A stretch of 64,000 bases of DNA from Toensbergia leucococca (Eukaryota), in the NCBI GenBank assembly GCA_022813965.1, contig JALDZS010000038.1, positions 62,001-126,000 on the forward strand. Direction: 5' to 3'. The position numbers were made by a program, and so were the translations under genes. Below are positions 40,638 to 51,971 of this stretch, in pieces. The notes under the pieces are model-generated. The model had not been told where the DNA came from. It made no database searches and saw only the letters and a program-made list of their open reading frames with translations. Within the stretch, counting starts at the first letter, position 1; each line of letters begins with the position of its first letter.

Positions 40638-41182
40638 ATGGCTCAGTTCCGCGCAAAAAAATTAGACCTCAGCTGCTTCATCAACATCAGAGTCATCAGG
40701 GATCATACTAAGAGGCATATTGAATCTCGCCAGATACCTCTAGACTTCGGGGCTGACGTCTAGCAGGAAGGTCTTTGAGCAATACGAGACAGAAAGGTAC
40801 CATCCACCTACCTCTCCCTATCGGTGGATTCCAATTCGCTGGCAACGCCTAGTCAAACTTGTCTATCTATGCTGACGGTCATATCACGTCAAGACAGGCG
40901 TTACGATACCTAATACGCAACACTACTTTGCCCCAGCGATCGCGAGCACAGGCGCAATTACAGCTATCGCAAATGCACGCATATACACGATCCACACAGA
41001 TCAACAATCGATGTATAATGGGAGGTAAATCGCGTGGTGTATTCAGAGACTTCAGGATGGCAAGAGTAGGTATTCTCTCCATGTGCCCAAAGACCATCAG
41101 GCTAATATCTGGACTATAGTATCCATTTAGGATGAATGCTCTAGCTGGTAATATTCCTGGTGTCAAGAAAGCGAGTTGGTGA
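40638..41182 (+). CDS. MRP2: Mitochondrial ribosomal protein uS14m; 4 exons
   Basis: Exons 40638-40714, 40767-40796, 40894-41065, 41120-41182 give MAQFRAKKLDL...RDHTKRKVFEQYETERQALRYLIRN...NRCIMGG...FRMNALAGNIPGVKKASW*. Confidence 0.93.
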
Positions 41183-41794
41183 TGGAGGGTACTCCGTGCT
41201 GCCTACAACCAGTGGGCTTGGGATGACGTATACATAGAAGCATTGCAAGGCGTCGGGAATCACCAGCATGAAAAGGTAGTAGTATCAGATGTTCACCGAG
41301 CAATGTTTGATAGTGTACATTTGGCAGACTCGGGGGTTTTCGAAATGATTACGGCCATTTGCAGAAGCCTTTCCAGTACGACATGAAAACAACATGTTCT
41401 CAACTCACACGCAATATTTAAAACTAAGCAGATTCAACTAACATCATTTCGAATATCTCAGTCCCACTTGATGTACCGAATCTGTCTCTTCAAGTGTTAA
41501 ATTTTCCTTTGAGCAGGCGCTCTCGGTTAGCGACATGCATTGTGTCAACATTCATTGACCATTGTGTCAAACTTCAAACTTCAGTCTTCATCTCTACATC
41601 CATCCGTGAAGCCATAATGTTCACTCCACACCGCATTCGCTCCTTCTCTCGTCTTTGACTATCTTGTCTTCTTTCTTCCCATCATCTCGTCTCAAGTGTG
41701 TGCAAGGCTCATCCTCCTGCTTTTGAGGCGCTTGCTTAGGTAGTATTACTCTGCGTAAATTTCTAGAGCGATATTCATCCCGCTAATCACCATC

Positions 41795-43092
41795 ATGTTT
41801 CGCCGCCTCATGAGTACTTTACCCAAGGACCCTGACTTTCCTGCAGATCTAGAGGCTCTTGGGCGAGTCTTCATGCTGAATCTTTGGAGGCATCTATAAT
41901 AACAACGTTCAGATACTTTGTCAACGAGAAGGACCAGATCCGTCAGATCACTGAACCGGATGAAGAGTTCCACTACTTCATCTCAAAGAACGAGCGAGTT
42001 CTGGACATGCAGCGCGAGGCAATGAACGGTCTTCCAACCCCATTTACCTCCTTCAGGCGTGGCAGCTCACATTTCCCCTAGAATGTATCCGTCAAATGGT
42101 CTTTTCTCGCCTGACTCCCTTTCTCGAAGTCACACGCCTTCCGCTTGGTACTAGCCCTGACCAGCCACACGTCCCAATTCTCGTCTCTACCAATCTCGCC
42201 ACCGCAAAACGCGTGATCATCTTTTTCGGCGAAATGTCTCAAGATCTCGGAATCTTCGCCTACCGCATCGTTGGTCGGGAAACTATAGCAGCTGGCAGCG
42301 CCATCGATTTCGTCGATGCCATACGATCCTCCGAAGATCCGTCTACCGAAATTCCTGGAACCATTATAGCCAACATGGGCCAACTCATTTGGCACCGTCG
42401 CGGTGCCCGCGCCATGACGCAAGCGAGCTGGCATGCATTGCCTCGCAAGTCGGCTGTCGACGCGCCGCCATACTTGGATGGAGTGAAGAATCGGGTCCCA
42501 GGAAATGAGGGATTAGCGCAGCATGCTAGATCTGTCTTTGAAGAAGTTGTTGAAAATTTGGTGAACAAGGGAGCGATGATTGACATAATTGGGATTGAGG
42601 ATGGCGCGGTGGAGTCCGTGGAGTATGTGCAATCCAACTGGGAAAAGTGGAAAGGGAGGGTACAGGCGATTGCAATCGGAACATCATTCCCCTTGATGAC
42701 CGAACTTTGGAACAAGCAATTTCTACAGTTTTGGGGAAAGGTGCGTTGGACTCTCATTCTCATCTGGCCACTTCCGATGAGATCTGGCCTGTCTTCTCGT
42801 AACGATGCTGATGCAACGGGTTTCCACACTACAGCGCGGTCGTGCCTATCGGCTTTCGGATGAGCCTCTTAATACACCTGTCACTGGTCGCGAGGAATTT
42901 GGTTGTAATTGCTATTCCTCCGGGGAACCGGTTTACATTGAATCCGTCATGTCAAGGGCCTACAAATCATTCCTGGATTACTTCAAGCTAGTAACGGCAG
43001 TACCAGGGTACGAGGAGGTGGAGATGATCGTCTCAGAACCAACAGATGAGTCGGCAGATAGGATCAATTCGGAGCAAGGGGAGTTGTCCTAG
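41795..43092 (+). CDS. Arb2-domain (FAM172-like) protein; 4 exons
   Basis: MFRRL...FPADLEALG|YFVNEKDQIR, VPILVSTNL, QDLGIFAYR, IIANMGQLIW, GCNCYSSGE; introns 41863-41912, 42029-42081 and 42741-~42833. Confidence 0.8.
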
Positions 43093-43684
43093 GCTTGACT
43101 CAAAGTAGCCTATTGATTATACAATGAGGCACAAAGAAAGGCGGGTTCGTATGGTATAGCCAAGCCATATTTCTTCTAGCTGATGTTTCAGTGACAGACT
43201 TTTCAATTGATCTAAGACCAGACAGATTTTTGACCAAAAAGGTCAATTCACGTGCAAACACTGCGCAAGTATTCATGTGACTACAAATTGTTGCAATAGA
43301 ATTCCTCCAATAGGGAGTACCAAGAGCGCAAATGCTGCTAACCAAGACCTTAGACCGGCTCTCACTATTGGACCAAACGTCCATTTCTGGTAGCTTCTTT
43401 GTGTCAATATCGATACATGAATAACGATAAGGATTAGTCCCATTGGGCCACTCGAATATGGAACAGAGCGGCGTTCCATGACAACGTATCTATTCATGTT
43501 ACTTTCAGGGACCTTGAAATGTTTAAAGAATCGAAGTCAAATTGCTACTAAGCGGAATTCGGAATGCTTGGGCATAATTGAGCATTATTGAGGTATGCCA
43601 ATGGAATAGAAAGTTTTCATCTGAGGTGTATATAATATGGCAATATTCCTACATCTGAGGTGTCAGTTCTCTCGTTCATCACCA

Positions 43685-44060
43685 ATTAATTGCTATCAAT
43701 TAATTGCTGTCAATTCGTTGCTATCAATCCGTTGCTATCAATTAATTGCTGTCAATTCGTTGCTATCAATCCGTTGCTATCAACTCGTTGCTATCAGTCC
43801 GTTGCTACCTATCCATCGCCATTCATCCATTGCTACCAATTTGTTACTACTCACTTCTTGCTACCCGTTAATCATTATCTGTCTATCCACCGCTGCTCGG
43901 CATACATCGCTACTCATCCATTGCTACTCATTCGTTACTACTCACTTCTTTCTACCCATTCATCTTTATCTGTCCATCCACCGCTGCCCAGCATACATCG
44001 CTACTCTTTCATTGCTACCCATTCGATTGCTACCAATCCAGCTACCAATCCGTTACCATC
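43685..44060. repeat. 14-bp minisatellite (TTGCTATCAATYCG) with 42-bp and 91-bp higher-order periods
   Basis: Units start at 43690, 43704, 43718, 43732, 43746, 43760, 43774, 43788 and degenerate 3'-wards; a long block recurs at 43843 and 43934. Confidence 0.9.
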
Positions 44061-44141
44061 CATACTTATTCAGCACTAGCTTATCCGTATCTTCATCATC
44101 TATATTTTACGCCATTCGATCTTACCTCAATCACAAAGACA

Positions 44142-44813
44142 ATGTCGACAGTCCAATCCTCCAGTACACTAGTGCAACCTTCTCCTTCTCTACTCCTTAG
44201 CATTCCTACCGAGCTACGTCTAGAAATTTACGATCATGTCTTCTTTCCCTACAAGCACAAGATCAGTCGCCCTGACCCCGAAGTATACTTCAGTCTCCTC
44301 TCAACAAACCGGCAAATATACTTCGAAGCCAGAAAGCTCGCAAAGAACCGATTCAACTCCTGGCCAAGGACGTTCACCTTCAAGCCTCAAGAAGAATTGA
44401 GCATGGAACCTTCGAAGCGCCTACCCAATGGCCCTCGAGGATACAATCTCGATCATCTCATCGAGATGCAATCCTTGGAGATCAGGCTTCACGAGCCGGC
44501 ATCATCAGAGCATCGAACAGACGAGTTCGATTGCTTCGAGAATATTCTGCGGAGCCTAGCGGAGAAAATCCTGCCGGGAGGACGAACAAAGAAGCTAAGG
44601 ATCGTGTTCGTCGACGAGTGGCCCCGTCAAGAGTACCTGGACCACATCAAAGAGATCATAGAGCCTCTGGTGTATCTGCACAGAGGTTGCGAGGTAACGG
44701 TCTGCATGGAAGATACCTGGATCTACAATCTCTACTATAGTGGCCTCGAACTGCCGGAGAACTGGTTCACTATGAGAAGAAGGGAGGCGCTAGCCAATGG
44801 CCTGACCCGGTAA
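44142..44813 (+). CDS. Hypothetical protein with an N-terminal F-box-like motif
   Basis: LLSIPTELRLEIYDHVF and LLSTNRQIYFEA are typical of fungal F-box-like proteins; 223 aa. Confidence 0.75.
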   Translation: MSTVQSSSTLVQPSPSLLLSIPTELRLEIYDHVFFPYKHKISRPDPEVYFSLLSTNRQIYFEARKLAKNRFNSWPRTFTFKPQEELSMEPSKRLPNGPRGYNLDHLIEMQSLEIRLHEPASSEHRTDEFDCFENILRSLAEKILPGGRTKKLRIVFVDEWPRQEYLDHIKEIIEPLVYLHRGCEVTVCMEDTWIYNLYYSGLELPENWFTMRRREALANGLTR

Positions 44814-45378
44814 GTTTGCAGCCCTCCTCAGCGTCGCTGAACTTGCCTTTCTCAATTCAAGACCCCCATCACCCTTTCTTCTATTTCTCCGACTGTCAGT
44901 TTATAGTGGTGGTTTTTCAATGCGTGTTTGTTCTTGCTTGTGGGATTGAGCGTTCTTTCGTAGAGTTTTGATGGGGTTTAGAAATTGGCAGGAGTTTTGC
45001 GACTGTGGGATGGGTAGATGAGCGGGTTTGGAAGTTGGATAGGGGCGGATGGAGAAGAGGGTTGTTTCTGTATGTTAGCTTCTAATGGACTAGATTTCAA
45101 TATGATTACTCTCCTCTCTACACAGTCTTTCATGTCAATATATACATGGGTGAATCAGTATCAGAGTTCAAGATATGTTCCCTCCGAATCAGCTTTGAGG
45201 GACCCTAACTCTCCAAGGCATATCAGTCATTGGACTATCTACAGAACGAGTTCAACCCACGTATCCAGTATATATGTTCTACGATCTACAACAGGACTCC
45301 GTGCCGTCTAGGTATATGTCCATGCACCCTGCCCAAACGCCGTCCCATACAAACCCTCTATATGCATTCCCCAACCCT

Positions 45379-46248
45379 CTAAAACGGCACCTCCATATCC
45401 TCCACTTTCTCCTCATCACCCCCCTTACCCACTCGCGCCCCCACACCCCCAACACAACTCTTCACAAACCCTATCGCGACTTCCAACCACTGCTTCTGAC
45501 ACGGCAGGAAATGCCCCCCAGGATGCATCACCACATCCCCCGTCTCACACACCGCCGCCAACGCCCGACTCCTCTTCTCGTCCACCAGCCCATCCACCGC
45601 CCCCATGAAATGCAGCACCGGCGTCGTGACCACCGGCTCATAAAACCCATCATGCCTCTCCCCAACAGCCCTGAACCCACTATACTCAATCACAAACTTC
45701 ATCGGCCCCTGCACCAAACCCTCGCCCTCGACAAACGACGCTGGGAACTCAATCCCCCCAACCCTCTCAAACACCCCACTCCTCCCCTCCTCCAACAAAG
45801 CCGCCACCATCACCGCCGCCGCCGCCCCCTGCGAAAACCCCACCGCCCCATCAAACGGCCCCTCCCGCCTAATCGTCTCCGCGATCCGCGCGAACCCCGC
45901 TTCCAACCCATCATACATGTTGGTATCGTCGCGCTTGCGCCACCACGCAAAGGCTTCCGCTTCGTCCGCGGGGCCGGTGGAGAGGGAGAAGCCTGGGAAG
46001 TCGGCGGGCCGGAGGGGGTGCGGGCCGGTGGGGTAGGAGAGGGTGGTGCCCGGGAGGGCTTTTTGGAGGGCTTTTTCTAGGGCGCGGGTTTTGGCGTGGA
46101 AGAAGGGGCCGGATTGGGTGAAGCCTGGGAGGTTGTTATGGAGGTTGGTTATGGTGGGGAGGTGGATTTGGGGGGTAGGGGTAGGGGAGGGGGGGGGGGT
46201 TTTACCGTGGAGCATGAGGATTTTGAGCCTGGGGGTTGGTGCGGACAT
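45379..46248 (-). CDS. FSH1: Serine hydrolase, FSH1/OVCA2 family; 2 exons
   Basis: KILMLHG|FTQSG, GFSQG nucleophile, LHFMGAVD, HPGGHFLP; 81-nt intron 46205-46125. Confidence 0.88.
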   Translation of the reverse strand: MSAPTPRLKILMLHGKTPPPSPTPTPQIHLPTITNLHNNLPGFTQSGPFFHAKTRALEKALQKALPGTTLSYPTGPHPLRPADFPGFSLSTGPADEAEAFAWWRKRDDTNMYDGLEAGFARIAETIRREGPFDGAVGFSQGAAAAVMVAALLEEGRSGVFERVGGIEFPASFVEGEGLVQGPMKFVIEYSGFRAVGERHDGFYEPVVTTPVLHFMGAVDGLVDEKRSRALAAVCETGDVVMHPGGHFLPCQKQWLEVAIGFVKSCVGGVGARVGKGGDEEKVEDMEVPF

Positions 46249-46493
46249 GATGGGTGAGAGGAGGGATTGAGGGTGGGGGACTGGATGGTGATGGGGGCGG
46301 GATGGGAGACGGAGATTATTTAGGCGAGCCGGGCGCATAGGTTGGTGTGCTTTTGCCGCATGAGGAGCTGTCTCGAGGCACCTTCAATTATTTGACCAGG
46401 TGGGGAAATATTTGTAGATCTTATCGAGGAAGCGAGGCATCAGAATCGAGGCGACTTTAAGCACGGACCAAGCTCTAATAACGTCTCGTGAAG

Positions 46494-46505
46494 CCCTAAC
46501 CCTAA
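46494..46505 (+). repeat. Two interstitial telomeric repeats (CCCTAA)2 upstream of FSH1
   Basis: CCCTAACCCTAA seen directly. Confidence 0.6.
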
Positions 46506-46947
46506 TCTTGAGCTTACGAAAAGAGGAAGCCAAGTCCTGAGCCAAATTCTTCGTCTTGTATGGGGAACGAGTGGTGTGTTTTGTTTCAAGCACTACTATG
46601 CGTGCGACTATCGTAAATGCGTTGACAGGCTGTAGCAAGGAAGACTATGGGCGTTATTATAAAATCCTCTAGCCATTGGTGTCCAAAGTTTCAAGCGAGT
46701 TCTGCTTCAAGACAACGGGCATAACATTGAGCGTCATAGGATGTATACACGCCGGCCCAGTGAAAGTAATATGAAAGCCTAGGGACTCGCTATGGTATCA
46801 TCGAAAGGAATCTGCTATCCATCAAACCCCCAGGCCAAATGCTTGGTCGTCGAGACCGCTCCAAAATCATAAATACTCTCTTGGGAGGCAATACAATGTC
46901 GGCTTATCTTCTTGCCAATCTCCAGAAACTTTAGATCCGATGCCCCA

Positions 46948-48571
46948 TCACTTTGATTTCTTCAATTCATCCTTTTCGTTATAAGGATGTTTGATAGTCA
47001 AACACCAGATGTCAAGGAAGTCACATATGGTTGTGATTATGTCGTACTACGTGCATTTAGTATATTTGAAAATCAACAAAGTAATCAACCACTCACCACA
47101 AAGCTCCCGTAAACTCCGACAGCCAAACCAAGACACAGGAACACAAATGCTATTTGGTAAGTCCCGTCACCCAGAGCACTTGGCCACAAACCCACAGCCG
47201 GTCCAAGAGAATCCAGAGCAGCAAGGCCTAGAGGCATGGTCAAGATATTCTGAAATGGAAAGTCCGGTGACTTGGTGAGATGTGCGATTATGATCTGACC
47301 CACAGCATAGGCGTTGATGAGCCCAACGTAGAAAATGAAGGGGATAAGGTGATGATTGAGGATAATCGGGTTCAAGTATAGGTAAAGAGGAGCAAGAGTC
47401 CAAGTGACAAAGTAGGGAAGGAGACCAAAGAGAGGAGCTCCGACAGGCTGACCCCGTTTCCTGCGGACTTCCATAACATTCATGGCACTAAAAAGAGTCA
47501 ATGGGGAGCTAGACGTAGCAGACGGTGAGTTGTGTGCTGAAATGATTACCTTTGAATAGTATTTATAAGCAAAACAATTCCTCCGTAAACCATATTCCAT
47601 TCGTTAAAGGGCAACTCGTAGATGGACTCCGGAATCACACTGAATTTCGCTACACCTAGAGTTGGCAGCATAGGCTGCTGCCAGAAGCTTCCTCCGCCCT
47701 TGACCGCAGTGAAGGCATATACAGCGCAAAGCATTAAAATGCCCTCTACTGGGCCGGAAATGAGGCCAAGTGTGAGTGTTTGCGTGTGATACTCATCCCA
47801 TGTCTGAATATAGAAAGTGAGCGTGGCTGTCAGAGCACCATCAGTTCAGATGTCTCTAATCAAGATAATTCGGAGGCGGTCATACTGCCAAAAAGAGTCA
47901 GAACGGTTTTCCAACTCTGACCTAGGTTCACCGCCGCAGCAAACAACAGGACCTCCAGCATAGTGTTGCAGGCATCAACGCCTGTCCAAGTTGATTAGCC
48001 AAGCTTCTCCGCAATGCGCGGCGGTACTTACCATGGTCAAATAACTCTCCCAACGGCCCACTTTGATGGGTTCTTCGTCTAGATTTCCATTGTTAGTCGA
48101 GAAGCTGGAATTTTCTATCACAAGATCGACGTACGCCTGCGTGCCATCTACAGCATCAAAGGTCTGATACAGGAAAAGACCAATAGACCAAGACGCATAT
48201 ACCCATTTGGGCATATCCTGGTCTAGCGTAGGATTGTACCAGAGCAGGGTCAGGAAATTGAGGACGACAAAACTAAAACCAGAAAGAGTGATCTACAGAT
48301 TCCAGCGTGGGTCAACATCGTGTTTCCCAAAAGCTATGTCTTAGATACTTACAGCGTTTGGGCTACCGGTAGAATCAGCAAAAGCATTCTGAAACTAGAT
48401 GTCCCTCTACGAAGGAAGTGCTTAGACTTACGCCATCCACATGGGAAAGCACTTGATGACCACATTGGTGTAGAATGGCTTCAGGATGTAGCGAGACACC
48501 AGGGAATGGTCTACTCCAGCATATTTGTATGGATGCAGACCTTGTAAGTTCTTCTGTCTGATGTAAACCAT
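46948..48571 (-). CDS. EPT1: Choline/ethanolamine phosphotransferase (CDP-alcohol phosphatidyltransferase); multi-exon with a 10-nt micro-exon
   Basis: YKYAGVDHSLVSRYIL, WMA|PNA|ITLSG, YQTFDAVDGTQARRT...GPLGELFDH, CDFLDIWCLTIK; stop at 46950-46948. Confidence 0.9.
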
Positions 48572-48979
48572 GTCGAGTGGGATGCTAGAGAGTTGAGGTC
48601 TTGCAATTTCTGTCAAAGTCTTGCGCCAGTCATGGCATGAAGATTCCTGTACTCGTACTCTGAATGTTTATTTCCAAGAAGTTAAGAACTGGGCATGTCG
48701 CGAAGCGCAATTCAGGGTTACGCGACGCCAAGACATGACGTTGGAAAGATAGCACTAAGGGCTAGATATTTGTAAGGTAGCCTTGGCCTACCTACCTAGC
48801 GACTACCTAGCTACTACCTTCCATTGTTGATATTTGATAGTTGAAATATTGTTTTCAACTAAGGCTTCTTGCTTCAAAGTCTGGAAAGCGATAAAGATGC
48901 CTGGACAATAGTCATCTTGGAGCTCGGTGACGGTGACGCCTTTCGCCATAGAACGGACTTAACGCCCCAATTACTGACC

Positions 48980-49788
48980 CTATGCTATTCCGTTTACCAT
49001 CGATTGCCTACCTCGTCCATCCTGTTCTTCCGCCGAGACAATACTCCAATCTTTGACCCCGCCCTTCCAATCTGCTATCCGGCCTTCTTTGACCCCAACC
49101 AGGACGACCCTAACCTCTTGACCTTCAATAAAGCAGTTCGTTCCACCATCGCATTCAATTGGTGCATGTTGTGTCGCTCCAAAAAAACCTCTTTCTTCCC
49201 GTGCCTGTTCGCCAAAAGTGTTATTCTCCAAGTGTCTTTCCTTGCACCATTTTTCTTCGTCGCTCCCTTGTTCAACTAGTCTGGCAACTCCATTGATCGT
49301 AGCGCTAATACTGCTCAACGCGCTTGTGTTCATGTTCAATAACAAGCTCGCCAAACTCGACCTTGTAGCTTGGGGAGGTGGAGAACCTTCCCGAGCAGGA
49401 TCTGGGGCACGTGTCGGCGGACGATGTGACACCCAGTCATGTACTAACAGAGAAACTCTAGGATTATTGATCAGGTTGATGGTCTTCTTCGACGATGGGT
49501 TTGTGGTCATGATGATTATTGGATTGGGGTTGAAGGGAGTAGAGGGCAAGTAAGTATAATTCATAAGAGAGATGTGAGGGAAAAGGGCATCGCAGGTTGC
49601 GAGATGTAGCTGGAAAAAGACATCAGTAAGATCAGTAAGATAGACATGGCGAGCGCTTTCTCATGACGCACAAATCTAGCATTTTTGAGACAAGCCACCA
49701 CCTCCGATGGCAAAGATGAAGACACCTGCGGGTGAGTTGCTGTGGCGGAAGCCTCCCAATTCAATATGGGTTGTGTCGGATCAGCCAT
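48980..49788 (-). CDS. Pyridoxamine 5'-phosphate oxidase-like (FMN split-barrel) protein; 2 exons
   Basis: LPSEVVACLKNARF|LHLATCD...PHISLMNYTY...NPRVSLLVHDWVSHR. Confidence 0.85.
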
Positions 49789-50281
49789 GGCGGGGTGACA
49801 CGTGATTCCTTGTAGCTATATCTCATCAACTCTCGATGGTATCTCCTATGGATGGATGTCATGAATGTCAAAGCCTTGAAGAGTTAAAGCCAGCTATGAT
49901 ATACGAGCTAGACTGCAATATGCTTAGCGGCCACGCCAAAGCCTCTTTCACTCTGACCCGTTGGACCCTGGCTCCCTGGCTCTTTGCTTGAAACTAGGGT
50001 ACGGAGTATTCTATCCGTACTCCGTAAACCCTGGTTTTAATCACATGTTTACTTCCCGTATGCAACCTTCTTCCCCTCCAATTACTTCTGAACTACTCGT
50101 ACCTTACCGATCTACTGACTTGACCTGATTGCCTCTAACCTCTGCCCAGGCATTTGCCTTGACTGCGCTTGGGCAATCGGGCTCGCCGAGACTATTGCCA
50201 GTAGTCATTACATGTTGTACAGGACCGTTTGAAGAGGCTCAATACTCCCGTGTTTTCCTCCGAACCTCATCCTTGACTACC

Positions 50282-51474
50282 ATGCTCACACGACGCTTTC
50301 TAGCGGGCCCCTCCTGCCGTTCGACCTCTATACGTCTATTTAGTACATCGAATGCCTATCAACGAACCCCCTCGCTGGCAGACGTCACTCCCCATGACGC
50401 TCCTTCATTCGATGCTCGACAGGAGAAATTCCGGGAGGGGTTGAAAGCAGCACAGGAATTAAAGGCAGAACAAGACAGTCAGTCCGTTACTGTTTCAAAT
50501 CTTGCTCCATCGTCTTCCTTGGGTTCGGGTAGCGCTCCCACTGCTCAAGATACGAGCAATGCGAGTCTCTACCGTTCTTCTCAAGGCAATTATGCCCTAG
50601 GCTCACTTTCAACCCATTCTCCAGAACTCTCGCGCGAAAACTCGTACAGGCAAGAGAACTCCAAGCGAAAGGGCACACTATCTTCACTCATATATGGTAC
50701 GCATGAGGGGCGACAGATGGACCAGGAAATCGAAAAGTCCTTCTCGCAAGTCTTGGCAAGAGGAAAATACGTACACTCGATAGTCTTCCATCAAGTCAAG
50801 CCAGACAAGGTTGATGAGTATGTCGAGCTGGTCGGAAGCTGGTACCCCCGTATGGCGAACATTGAAGAAAACCACGTTCATCTAGTAGGAAGCTGGAGAA
50901 CAGAAGTTGGGGATTGTGATACGTTCGGTATGTCACATTTTGTCACGAATGCCTCGGTAATTCAAGCGGGTGCTTACTTCTCAACCCAGTCCACATCTGG
51001 GAGTACCAGCGATATCAAGGCTACCACGCATCACTACACTCCATAGCTTCTCATCCTGAATTCGCTGGGTTCGATAAGAAGCTTAAGACCCTGATTACAC
51101 ATAAACAGACATCACTTATGCAGGAATTCTCTTTCTGGCCGACTACTCCTCCCCGCCGCCTCGGTGGTGTCTTCGAGCTTCGCTCGTATACTCTACACCC
51201 TGGTAATTTGCTTGAATGGGAGACCCACTGGAGAAAAGGACTCAAGGCGAGAAAAGAAGTCATGGAGGGTGTAGGAGCGTGGTTCGTGCAAATTGGAGAT
51301 CTCAATACGGTACATCACTTGTGGCAATTTGCGGATCTTGAAGAACGGAAAGCAAGGAGAGAGATGAGTTGGGGTGTCGAAGGATGGGGAGATACAGTTC
51401 ATAAGACTGTACCACTGATCCAACAGATGAAGAGCCGGATACTGATTGCAATGCCCTGGAGCCCTGTCGGTTGA
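50282..51474 (+). CDS. Mitochondrial NIPSNAP-family protein; 2 exons
   Basis: LVGSWRTEVGDCDTF|VHIWEY, FELRSYTLHPGNLLEW, GDLNTVHHLW; presequence-like start at 50282; intron from 50928. Confidence 0.9.
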
Positions 51475-51971
51475 GCACGGACTTATCAAACGCAGACACC
51501 AATGACGCTTCGTAGCTGCTGTGCGGGGATGCTTGAGCTTCCACAACTTAAACCGATCACAAAAATTGTCCGTGTCTCTGCTTTCAATAGTAAGCTATAC
51601 CTCTTTATGACAGTGGAGACTCCAACTGTTCATGGCGGCAACTGTGGAGATGGAAAAGAAAGAGACCTGTCTCAAAGTACCCGAGGAGCTCCAATTACAG
51701 TATTTCAGCGACAGCTTGAGCGTTCATTTGTATTGTACTCCTAGCTCCACCTAGAATATCAATGACATGTGTTGTGCAATATTTATGCATTTGCACAATT
51801 GCGTAACTCGCCATTTGAATCTAAGCCAAATCTGGTGAATTTGTTATGTGAGCGCGCCGGTGAATTTCAACATAGGTAACGAGGACCTTTCGGCGCTAGA
51901 CTTTCGAGAATCTACGTGCAAATCGTGACTGTCCCAGCGACGCTGACAGGTAGCCTGCCTCATTCATCAAT

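Noticed and set aside
43125..43290. FVWY...FTCKHC resembling a BED finger of a hAT transposon
   Set aside because: Motifs lie in different frames, with no His pair, transposase remnant or terminal repeats.
43637..44200. ORFs 43637-44200 and 43690-44079 as genes
   Set aside because: They are translations of the 14-bp minisatellite.
45274..46080. 268-aa + strand ORF and similar antisense ORFs (10563-11051, 22752-23288, 25358-25930, 42260-42829, 54012-54746)
   Set aside because: Shadows of genes or ORFs on the opposite strand in compositionally skewed sequence.
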